Shown piece by piece: positions 41,817 through 49,597 of a stretch of 64,000 nucleotides of DNA (position 1 is its first letter; each line of letters starts with the position of its first letter). The notes beneath the pieces were generated by a model that was given only the letters and a program-made list of their open reading frames with translations, was not told where the DNA came from and did not search any database. Origin of the DNA: Alphaproteobacteria bacterium (GTDB taxonomy: Bacteria > Pseudomonadota > Alphaproteobacteria > Bin95). The stretch is taken from positions 497,644-561,643 of the forward strand of contig CAXXWS020000002.1 of assembly GCA_963665325.3 (NCBI GenBank), written 5' to 3'. The position numbers and the translations under genes were made by a program.

Positions 41817-42209
41817 GTGGCAAAATCGCCCCTCGATCTGGCCGGCATCGCCAAGGCGCTCGAAGACGCCGGAATGGAACCGGACGATGCCAGGGCCGCA
41901 GCCATGCGCGTGCGCGCCGGCGCCACCGCGAACCCTCCCGGATACCACCTCGATATCCGGGACCGGAAACTCCGCAACGAGCTCATCGAAGCCGTCGCCG
42001 AAACCGGGAGGCATATCGACCGTAGCGAAGGACGAATCCTCGAACGCTTCTCGGAGATCGAACGTCGGCACATCGACGCCTCAGCGCGCCATCTCGACGC
42101 CGTCGAATACCGCCTCGGAAAACGCCTCGCCCGGCTCGTCTGGATGCTGTTCGCAGCCCTCGCGGCAATCCTCGCCGTCGCAGCAGCCGCGCTCCGATAT
42201 CTGGACTGA
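41817..42209 (+). CDS. DUF1640-like coiled-coil protein with a C-terminal TM anchor (paralog a)
   Basis: In-frame GTG at 41817 inside track ORF 41664..42209. LDLAGIAKALEDAGMEPDDARAAA.. N-terminus, heptad-like middle, ..RLVWMLFAALAAILAVAAAAL TM helix. Confidence 0.55.
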   Translation: MAKSPLDLAGIAKALEDAGMEPDDARAAAMRVRAGATANPPGYHLDIRDRKLRNELIEAVAETGRHIDRSEGRILERFSEIERRHIDASARHLDAVEYRLGKRLARLVWMLFAALAAILAVAAAALRYLD

Positions 42210-42245
42210 GCCGGCGCGACCGGGCCGGGAAGAGCCGTTGCCGCC

Positions 42246-42632
42246 TTGACGAGAACCGGCGCTGCAATACAGGATGCGCCCATCGCCGCACAGTTCGATA
42301 CGCTTATCGCCGCAGAGGCGCTGGAAGATGCCGGTATCGACCGGACGCACGCCAAGGCCATCGCTGCCCAGCTCCAGGTCGCCTCCGATGCTGGCGAGCC
42401 GGTGAGCCGCCCGGCACTCGAAGCCGCACTCGGCGCGCTCAAGGCTGAACTGCTCGAACGCATCGGAAAAACCGACGAGCGAATCGCTTCAACCGAGAAG
42501 AACCTGCTCGAACGCATCGCCGAGACCGAACGCCGGCTTATGGACCGGACTGCCGCTTTGCTCTGGCGATTCTTCGGCGCCATGGTCGCGCTTGCCGGCG
42601 TCATCATCGCCGCAGTCAAGCTGATCCCCTGA
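42246..42632 (+). CDS. DUF1640-like coiled-coil protein with a C-terminal TM anchor (paralog b)
   Basis: FDTLIAAEALEDAGIDRTHAKAIAAQL.. and ..AALLWRFFGAMVALAGVIIAAVKLIP. The track start is TTG, so the start is uncertain. Confidence 0.6.
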   Translation: MTRTGAAIQDAPIAAQFDTLIAAEALEDAGIDRTHAKAIAAQLQVASDAGEPVSRPALEAALGALKAELLERIGKTDERIASTEKNLLERIAETERRLMDRTAALLWRFFGAMVALAGVIIAAVKLIP

Positions 42633-42710
42633 CCGGGCACGCCCGGCCCGGCAGAAACCGGGACCGCGTAGGAAAGACGGCGGAAAGCGCGCGGCATCGT
42701 CCGGCAAGCC

Positions 42711-43964
42711 TCAGTCGATCTTGTCCGGCGTGGACCGCGTCCATACCGCCGGTTGCATATCGAGGTCGGCCGCCAGTTCGCGCCAGCCTATGCTCCGCAG
42801 ACCCGCCGGATCGTCCCTGACCGTCATCTCAAGACGGCCCCGCGTCCAACGCCAGACCCCGTCAAAATGCGGGCCCTCGACAAGGTTCCCGGCCTCGTCC
42901 ACCACCGAGAACTTCCCCTCGGGATGGAATACGAAACGCTTGTCCGCATAGGCCGCGCCCATGAACGGCAACTCGCGCGGATATGGGCGCGCCAGAAACT
43001 CGTCCGTCAGTTGGAACGCCTCATGGCGATGACCGGTGGGGAGATAGGGTAATGGATCGCCCATCCGATAGCGGGCCACGGTCTTCCCGTCGAATTTCCA
43101 GGCGAACCATTTGCTGCCTGACTCTTCGTACTCCACCAGGCCCGCTATCCACGCGAGGGTCCCCTCGTCCTTCAGTCCCCATATTTCATGCTGCCCCACA
43201 CCTTCTTCATGCCGAACGAACACGCGTCCGTGTCCCTGCGGACCGCGCATCACATTGCCTTCCTGCTCATTCAGGAACGTCCACACCTCGTCTCTCGTGG
43301 TTGTAGGAACGCCCGATGCCGCTATGCCCGTCCGGCCGGGTCCCGTCAGATGGGAACCCGGAAAGTGCCGGATGACTGCATCCGTATCCTGCTCTCGCAG
43401 CTTCCGCAGGCTCGACGAGGTCTGTTTCTCGTTCACTTTCATGCCCGCTGGCAGTTCTATGCGGGGACAGCCATTTGCGAACAAGCGGGGCCAACTGTCC
43501 TGCACCCAGCCTGCAGTAAAGCGCATCCAAGCTTGCTTTTCGCCGCGCCTGATCTCGTTGGCCAAGGTACCGGTTATCCGGTCGTAGTAGAGAAATTTAA
43601 ACTTGGGTTTGGTTTGCTTTCTTACAGTCTTTATGGAGGCTTCGAGGTTGTTCTCTACTTCCCAACGAACTGGTTCCTGCGCCACCCAATGCAACCTGTT
43701 GGTCGTCTTGTCTGTCCACCACGCTTTGCACTCCACATACTGCCCATTCTTCCGGAACAGCAGGGCATGCGGAACATTGCGATATTTTGGATGTTTCGGG
43801 TTATGGAAAACCCAAACTTTCCCCGAGAGTAATTCCCCGAAAAACTCCGCATGATGAGACGTGTAATTGATTGTCCTGTAGGCCTCTTCTTTGGCCGACA
43901 CTGGTCCAGGTGCCATGCCGAACGACAGCACCAACGCCATTCCAACCAAGATCGTTTTCTTCAT
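42711..43964 (-). CDS. secreted protein of unknown function, GC-poor relative to its surroundings
   Basis: Trimmed from track ORF 42711..44090 to the ATG at 43964 (GGAGGG SD upstream). Signal peptide MKKTILVGMALVLSFGMAPGPVSA. Lys/Trp/His/Phe-rich composition. No family recognised. Confidence 0.7.
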   Translation of the reverse strand: MKKTILVGMALVLSFGMAPGPVSAKEEAYRTINYTSHHAEFFGELLSGKVWVFHNPKHPKYRNVPHALLFRKNGQYVECKAWWTDKTTNRLHWVAQEPVRWEVENNLEASIKTVRKQTKPKFKFLYYDRITGTLANEIRRGEKQAWMRFTAGWVQDSWPRLFANGCPRIELPAGMKVNEKQTSSSLRKLREQDTDAVIRHFPGSHLTGPGRTGIAASGVPTTTRDEVWTFLNEQEGNVMRGPQGHGRVFVRHEEGVGQHEIWGLKDEGTLAWIAGLVEYEESGSKWFAWKFDGKTVARYRMGDPLPYLPTGHRHEAFQLTDEFLARPYPRELPFMGAAYADKRFVFHPEGKFSVVDEAGNLVEGPHFDGVWRWTRGRLEMTVRDDPAGLRSIGWRELAADLDMQPAVWTRSTPDKID

Positions 43965-44001
43965 GCCATCCGCCCTCCAACCCTGCGGTAGCTCATCCAG
44001 C

Positions 44002-45303
44002 TCAAGGCGGTGATCCCCCATTCCCGGATTCGCTGCCGCTGCTCCCGTCAGCGCCGCCGTCGTTGCCACCGTCGCCATGCCCCGAGTCACCAGGGCTCAC
44101 ACCGGAATGGCTGTCCGTCGTTCCGTGATAGCCACCTATCCCGCCGACCTCTCCGGGATTGCCGCTGGTGCCGCTGGTGCCGCTGGTGCCGGAGTGCCCG
44201 CCGTTTTCGCCGTCGGGGCCCTCGCCGCAGCCGCTCTGACACTCATCGGGCGGTATCGGCGTGCAGTTCTCGACCGTGCGCACCAGCCGCCTGGCGCCGT
44301 TTACCCGCGCCACGCGCCGGGTCGTGACGACCGGAGCTCCCGGGCGCACCTGGAAGTCGCGATACTCCGTGTTCTGCTCGTAATGCAGCGTGCAGGTCCC
44401 CGAATAGCCGGCAGGGCAGCTGCAGGGCCCCGTCGTCTTGTGGACGGGCCCCGGCCTCCAGTTGATGATCGGGTCCGGGATCGGCGTCGGAGGCGGCGCC
44501 TGCGCATACTGGAACGGACAGAGGCCCTCGGCATGGCGCCAGTCGGTGCATGCGGCCCGCGAGCCCAGACCCGCCCGGAGCGCGCAGTCGCGCGGCCAGA
44601 GATGCGGTGCGGACGGTGCCGTCTCCGAGAGGTCGTTGCAGTTGGGCGTCGCCGCCGGGCAGTCGGTCAGCGCCGTCACCTGGATCGGAACCTGCCGCGC
44701 CTCGCGGAAGGTGTCCGCCGGCGAGCCCGGACAGGCGACGTCCCGCGTCTCCGTCTCCCAGCGTATGCCCGTCACCGTGCGGATCGGATCGGCGACCGCG
44801 CCCACAAGGCCCACACGGTCCTCGGCCGTCGAGGGAATACCCATACAGGCGGGCAGCGCCGTGTCATCGCGTCCATGCGCGCCCCGCGCGATGCGCGTGT
44901 TCGCCAGGATCACATGCAGGCCCGTCCGGTCGCCGCCATGAAGCACGGGCGCAACCTGGACCTCCCTGTGGCCCCGGCCCAGGCCCTTCAGCTCGTCCTG
45001 TCCCGCATAGACCGCCAGCACCCCCTCGCAGTAGCGCGCCGTCAGACCCCGCTCCGTCCAGGACGAAAGCCACCAGGACCCGGAAGGGGGAGCGGCAAGG
45101 CCGGTCCATTCATCTTCCCAGAGATTCGCAACATCCGTCACCCGGATGCGCGCCTCCACGCTCTGCCAGGCGCTCTGGATCGCCACCGCATGCGCCAGCG
45201 CCTCCTGCTGGCGCGTCCGGTCCGGATCGCCCGTCTGGGCCATGGCGCCCGAGGCGAGCCCCGCGAATACAAGCGCCAGAAGCGCCGTTGCAAACGGTCT
45301 CAT
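44002..45303 (-). CDS. secreted Cys-rich protein with a Gly/Ser/Asp-rich C-terminal tail
   Basis: Trimmed from track ORF 44002..45966 to the ATG at 45303. Signal peptide MRPFATALLALVFAGLASGAMA. About 18 Cys. The tail ..GGHSGTSGTSGTSGNPGEVGG..GDGGNDGGADGSSGSESGNGG is encoded partly by a 9-bp triplicated repeat near 44160-44190. Confidence 0.65.
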   Translation of the reverse strand: MRPFATALLALVFAGLASGAMAQTGDPDRTRQQEALAHAVAIQSAWQSVEARIRVTDVANLWEDEWTGLAAPPSGSWWLSSWTERGLTARYCEGVLAVYAGQDELKGLGRGHREVQVAPVLHGGDRTGLHVILANTRIARGAHGRDDTALPACMGIPSTAEDRVGLVGAVADPIRTVTGIRWETETRDVACPGSPADTFREARQVPIQVTALTDCPAATPNCNDLSETAPSAPHLWPRDCALRAGLGSRAACTDWRHAEGLCPFQYAQAPPPTPIPDPIINWRPGPVHKTTGPCSCPAGYSGTCTLHYEQNTEYRDFQVRPGAPVVTTRRVARVNGARRLVRTVENCTPIPPDECQSGCGEGPDGENGGHSGTSGTSGTSGNPGEVGGIGGYHGTTDSHSGVSPGDSGHGDGGNDGGADGSSGSESGNGGSPP

Positions 45304-45384
45304 CCGGATCACCCCGCTTTCGTGCATAATGTCCGCCCTCCCGCCTGTTCGCCCCGGACACGCCCCGCACCACAGGAGGCCCCC

Positions 45385-45798
45385 ATGGCCGAGCCGTTCG
45401 ACATTGTCGCCGCGGCCGGCACGCTCGTGGACGCCGGGATAGAGCCGCAGAAGGCCCGGGCGGTCGCCCTCCAGCTCCGGGCCGCCGCCGTCGCGGGCGA
45501 GCCGGTGAACGGGGCCGAGCTCGAAGCCGCGCTCGACGCGCTCCGGGCCGCCCTGCTCGAAGCCGGCGCCGGGACCGACCGCAATATCGCCGCCACCGAA
45601 GAGCGGCTCATGGAACGCTTCGAGAAGTCCGACCGGCGCATCGAGTCCATCCTCCGGCAGTTCAACGCGACCGAGCACCGCCTCAACGCGACCGCAGCCG
45701 AGACCGACCGGCACATGGCCCGGCTGTTCTGGCGCTTCTTCGCCGCCATGGCCGCGCTCACCTGCCTCGCCGTCCTCGCCATCAAATACCTGCCCTGA
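45385..45798 (+). CDS. DUF1640-like coiled-coil protein with a C-terminal TM anchor (paralog c)
   Basis: ATG at 45385 with an AGGAGG SD (inside track ORF 44077..45798). FDIVAAAGTLVDAGIEPQKARAVALQL.. and ..ARLFWRFFAAMAALTCLAVLAIKYLP. Confidence 0.7.
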   Translation: MAEPFDIVAAAGTLVDAGIEPQKARAVALQLRAAAVAGEPVNGAELEAALDALRAALLEAGAGTDRNIAATEERLMERFEKSDRRIESILRQFNATEHRLNATAAETDRHMARLFWRFFAAMAALTCLAVLAIKYLP

Positions 45799-45853
45799 CC
45801 CGAAGGGCACGGCACGGCGGCAACCGTCGCGACGGTCGGAGCGGCCGGGCGCA

Positions 45854-46546
45854 TCATCGCGACTCCCCGAACAGGGCAACCCAGCATTGCCTCCGGGCTT
45901 CCCTCTCCCCGGCAATGAGGTCCCGCCAGGCGCGCCAAAGGCCGACGCCGCGACGCTCGGCGGCAATGGCTATCCACCCGCCGTCCGACCAGCCCCCGAG
46001 AAGCAGCGCGGAGAAGGCCAGCCAGCCGGCCAGGTTGCCCCCGCCTTCTCTGCCGACAGAGGCAAGAACAATTGCCGCGAAGATCAGGGCGAAACGCCCG
46101 CCTCCGAACCGGTCCGCCGGCAGCAGGGCCTTGCGCTTTCGGTGATTGCGGCGCTCCAGGACGAAGATCAGCAGCAGCATGGCCAGGTAGGCGCCAACGC
46201 CACCGAAAACCCTTCCCGGATTCGAACCGTCAGGATCGACAAGGTCGGCCCCGATGAGGACAATTCCGGCGAGACACGACAACATCAGGGATCGACCGCC
46301 ATGCAGGAACTCCCACCGGATGCCGCTCGCGCCATCGCTCAAGAGTTCGCTCTCCTCGATTTCGCAAGGGACGCCGCGACCAGCGAAGTCACCGGGCTCA
46401 TTGCCGCGCTCCTTGTCGCTGCCGGCTTCTGGTGTGCCGAGCATGTCGAGTTGGCCATTACTGTCGTCTGCATCGGGTTTTCCATCTATGGCCTGGCCCA
46501 GGTCTTCTGACCGGCCAGTCCGTCCGACACGCCTCAACCACCGCAT
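45854..46546 (-). CDS. membrane protein, function unknown
   Basis: Trimmed from track ORF 45854..47929 to the ATG at 46544-46546 (TGATG 1-nt overlap with the pilO stop). The C-terminal two-thirds has 4 TM helices. The hydrophilic N-terminal ~80 aa is less certain. Confidence 0.5.
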   Translation of the reverse strand: MRWLRRVGRTGRSEDLGQAIDGKPDADDSNGQLDMLGTPEAGSDKERGNEPGDFAGRGVPCEIEESELLSDGASGIRWEFLHGGRSLMLSCLAGIVLIGADLVDPDGSNPGRVFGGVGAYLAMLLLIFVLERRNHRKRKALLPADRFGGGRFALIFAAIVLASVGREGGGNLAGWLAFSALLLGGWSDGGWIAIAAERRGVGLWRAWRDLIAGEREARRQCWVALFGESR

Positions 46547-47841
46547 CAGCCCGACCTCCCCGTTGTGCGATCCGCCGCCGCGCCCGCCTGCGTCAGCGCG
46601 TCGAACTCGCTCTCCAGCATGGTGAACGGCCGCGTCCGCCTGACCCCGAACCGCCAGCCGCCCTCTTCGCTCCAGGAGACCGAGGCGACCTCGACACCCT
46701 CCATGGCGGACAGCATCGCCACCGCCTCCCTGAGCGGCCTGCCGGTGCCGAGCACCGCTTCTGCGTCCGCGCCGAACTCCGTGTATTCGATATCGAAGCC
46801 GCGAAGCGCCAGCGTCCGGTCCAGAAGGTCCCGGAACTGCGTCGGCTCCAGCGCGTGGCCGGCCTTCGGGTCGTGCCGCTCGAGCACCGAAGGCAGTGCG
46901 ACAAGCGCAACCGATGCGCCGTTGTCGTCGATGAACGCCTTCGGCCAGCCGCGCAGCATGTCCCGGGCCATCGGTTCGTAGACGCGCGGGTCGAGGCCTT
47001 CCCTGAGCGCCCAGCGGACCTCCAGCACCGGCCGGCCCATCCCGGCGCCCCATGAGGCGCCCGACTCGCTCCCGGCAAACCTCGGATGGCAGACCACGGC
47101 GCGGCGGTCGAACCCCGCCATGCGCACCCTGAGCCCGTCCCAGCCCGCCTGGCACGACCGCAGGAATGCCGGCGTCACCACGACCGCCTCCACCGTCGGC
47201 GGCTCCTCCGGTTCCGGCTTCCCGTACCCGGCCAGCTCCAGAATGTCGTCGTAATGCTGCCAGCCCGCATATGCGGCCCCGCCCACGACCAGCAGCAGCG
47301 TCGCCGCCCAGGTCGCGGCCTTCGACAGGCTCCCCTTCGGCGCCTCGACCAGGACCGGCAGGTCCTTCGCGGCGGCAGCAATGCTCGACGGCTCGACGGT
47401 CGCGGCTTCCTCGAACAGCGCCGCCAGGCCCGGCGTCGCGAGAATGCGCACGCCCTGGGTGGCGCCTGTCCCGAGCGCCCTCTGCGCCTCCGCAGCCGAC
47501 TGAAACACGCCGTCGCCGCCGGGAAGGACCGTGCCGCCCGAACCGCGCACCACCCCGACCCGCTTCGGCCCCTCGCCCTCGCCGTCCTCCTCGATGAACG
47601 CCGTCCAGGGCGACCTGCCCTCCGGGCGCTTGCGCATATACTCCACGAGCGCGCCCGCCAGCGGCGCCAGCCCGCCGGGGTTCTCGATATCGCCGAGGAA
47701 TCCCGTCTGCCCGCCGAGCTCGACCGCCCAGCGATGGCCCCGGTCGCGCGCCGCCTTCGCCGCCTTGCCCCCGCGCAGGACCTCGCGCTCCCAGTCGAGA
47801 CCGGCCGCGAAACGGTGACCGCCGACGACAAGTACGCTCAT
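46546..47841 (-). CDS. pilO: type IVb pilus biogenesis protein PilO (PilO2-like)
   Basis: The N-terminal MSVLVVGGHRFAAGLDWE.. pattern and a mid-protein TM helix are as in R64 PilO. ATGA overlap with the pilN stop. Confidence 0.65.
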   Translation of the reverse strand: MSVLVVGGHRFAAGLDWEREVLRGGKAAKAARDRGHRWAVELGGQTGFLGDIENPGGLAPLAGALVEYMRKRPEGRSPWTAFIEEDGEGEGPKRVGVVRGSGGTVLPGGDGVFQSAAEAQRALGTGATQGVRILATPGLAALFEEAATVEPSSIAAAAKDLPVLVEAPKGSLSKAATWAATLLLVVGGAAYAGWQHYDDILELAGYGKPEPEEPPTVEAVVVTPAFLRSCQAGWDGLRVRMAGFDRRAVVCHPRFAGSESGASWGAGMGRPVLEVRWALREGLDPRVYEPMARDMLRGWPKAFIDDNGASVALVALPSVLERHDPKAGHALEPTQFRDLLDRTLALRGFDIEYTEFGADAEAVLGTGRPLREAVAMLSAMEGVEVASVSWSEEGGWRFGVRRTRPFTMLESEFDALTQAGAAADRTTGRSG

Positions 47842-49349
47842 CCGCCAGCCTCCCGGGCCGCGCCGGCTGCCGCCGGAGAGACCGCATCCTGGAGGGCCGG
47901 GGCCGCCGGGGCCGCATTGCCGCTTTCAACCTTCGCGACAGGCCCGCCGGCGCCCTCGCCGAGCTGGCGTTCCGTAATGCCGAGCGGCGTCCCGATATCG
48001 GCCGTCACCAGCAGCGCCGTCTCGGCGCGGACGATGGCCGCATCCGCGCCGCCTTCGGGCAGGGGCACCGCCGGATGGAACGTGCCCGACCGCTCGCCAG
48101 AGGACGCCCGCTCGCGGAAGCCCGTGAGGAGAAGCGTCTCGCCCCTCGCGATGCGCTGCGTCACCACGATCGCGCGGCGTCCGGACGCCGGAAGCTGGAT
48201 CTGGTTGCCAGCCGGCCCGAAAGGCACGATCTCAGGAGCATCCTGGATCGTCGCCGTAATCCGCGCCAGAACCTCGTCCGGCGCGACGATCCGCGCCACG
48301 AAACTCAACCCGAAACCCCACGACACCGTATCGGGCTCCAGTTCGAACGTCCGCAGCCCTTCCTGAACCGTTGTCGTGATCTTCGCCAGATAGGCTTGGT
48401 CGAACAGGTCGTAGAACTGCGCCGGGCGCCCGTTCAGGGTCGGTACGTCCACCGACAGCACCCGCGAGGCCGTGCCGACCTTGCGGAGCGCATTCACCGT
48501 CGCCCGCAGGGACGAGGCACCGATCGATGTCGGCCTCACCACGGAAATCGTGCCGCCGTCGACGCCGACCACGAAGTTGGACCCAAACACCTCCGGCAGA
48601 ATGCCCGTCAGACCCACCTCATAGTCCGAGCCCTTGTCGAAGCGCACCGAGTAGACGTGCACCGACAAGGTCACCGGGCGCAGCACATGCCCGTTCACAT
48701 GCTCCAGATAGGCCCGCACACGGTCCGCCGCCCGGGGCAGGCCGGTCACCGTCACCGTCCCGGCCGTCGTCGAAACCGAAACCGCGCCCTCCGGACCCGC
48801 CGCCGCAACCGCCTGCGGCCCGATCTCCTGCCAGGGATCGTAGGTCATCTCGGACGAGATCGATTGCGAGGAAGTGCCGCTCGTCCCCTCGCCGGCGCTC
48901 CCGGACGTCGTCGTCGTCACGCCGTATGTTTGCCTCCCCGCCAGTGCGTGGACCTCGAAGATGCGCGTCTCGGAGCGCACGACCTCGACCAGCGCCGCCT
49001 CGTCATCGTACTGCCACCGGTAGCCCGCAGCCTGCGTCCAGGCGTCCAGCAGCCGGTCAAGCGGACCCGACCACACGCCGGCCTCGCCCGCCAGCTCGTC
49101 TGACCAGGACGAGAGCCAGTCCACGCGAACGGTGTCCGTCAGCGTACGAACGGTATCCGTTACTGCGTCCACGGGTCCGCCCTCGCCGACAGGGGACTGC
49201 CAGCGGACGCCGACCAGGCGGACCCCGATCCCGGCCGCATCCGATATCCGCCGCGCCAGAACCTCGTCACCCGGCTCGTCGCCGAGCGTGACAACGATCC
49301 CGGTCTCCGAGCGCAGGTCCTCGGGCAGGAGCGAACGATCCTCCGCCAC
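47838..49349 (-). CDS. pilN: secretin PilN (type IVb pilus); the annotated GTG start is probably not the true N-terminus
   Basis: The secretin C-domain (..LSVDVPTLNGRPAQFYDLFDQAYL..VVTQRIARGETLLLTGFRE..) is present. The same frame stays open upstream to 49619 and encodes ..GAVGALFLAAAILLPGCGW.., a lipobox with its Cys codon at 49491-49493. There is no ATG/GTG/TTG in that stretch. Confidence 0.75.
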   Translation of the reverse strand: MAEDRSLLPEDLRSETGIVVTLGDEPGDEVLARRISDAAGIGVRLVGVRWQSPVGEGGPVDAVTDTVRTLTDTVRVDWLSSWSDELAGEAGVWSGPLDRLLDAWTQAAGYRWQYDDEAALVEVVRSETRIFEVHALAGRQTYGVTTTTSGSAGEGTSGTSSQSISSEMTYDPWQEIGPQAVAAAGPEGAVSVSTTAGTVTVTGLPRAADRVRAYLEHVNGHVLRPVTLSVHVYSVRFDKGSDYEVGLTGILPEVFGSNFVVGVDGGTISVVRPTSIGASSLRATVNALRKVGTASRVLSVDVPTLNGRPAQFYDLFDQAYLAKITTTVQEGLRTFELEPDTVSWGFGLSFVARIVAPDEVLARITATIQDAPEIVPFGPAGNQIQLPASGRRAIVVTQRIARGETLLLTGFRERASSGERSGTFHPAVPLPEGGADAAIVRAETALLVTADIGTPLGITERQLGEGAGGPVAKVESGNAAPAAPALQDAVSPAAAGAAREAGG

Positions 49350-49597
49350 CGGGCGCAGCGCCAGATAAGGGTCCCTGGATTGCGTGAGAGAGCGGAAGCC
49401 GGGCCTGTCCGGCTCCAGCGAGCCGACCGAACCCAGGCGGGCCTCTACGGACGCCGCATCTCGCGCAACCTCATCCTGGTCGAACCAGCCGCAGCCCGGC
49501 AGCAGAATTGCCGCCGCGAGGAAGAGCGCCCCGACAGCCCCTCCGGAACCTGACGCGGCAGCGTTCGAACCGGCCGTAAGTCCTTGTCGAGCGGTAG

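Noticed and set aside
46299-46510. Plus-strand 70-aa hydrophobic ORF (MQELPPDAARAIAQEFALLDFARDAATSEVTGLIAALLVAAGFWCAEHVELAITVVCIGFSIYGLAQVF), antisense to the N-terminal region of 45854..46546. This is analogous to the 22023..22250 case.
   Set aside because: Hand-counted codon-position GC does not discriminate (plus-frame GC3 about 71%, minus-frame GC3 about 67%). The minus ORF has a TGATG coupling to pilO, and no SD is evident for the plus ORF. It is kept only as a note.
8456-47929. N-terminal extensions of many track ORFs (8456..10051, 8983..12483, 12449..13447, 12802..14871, 14887..16500, 16571..17464, 18533..19729, 19027..20472, 20782..21969, 23418..24809, 29207..30607, 29812..30561, 30429..32006, 34500..36512, 39147..42071, 40835..42697, 42711..44090, 44002..45966, 45854..47929).
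   Set aside because: The extensions overlap the 3' ends of convincing upstream genes and are Arg/Gly/Pro/Ala-rich with no motifs. In each case an internal ATG/GTG forms a 4-nt (or 1-nt) overlap with the upstream stop and precedes a sensible N-terminus (signal peptide, TM or conserved motif). The ORFs were trimmed accordingly.
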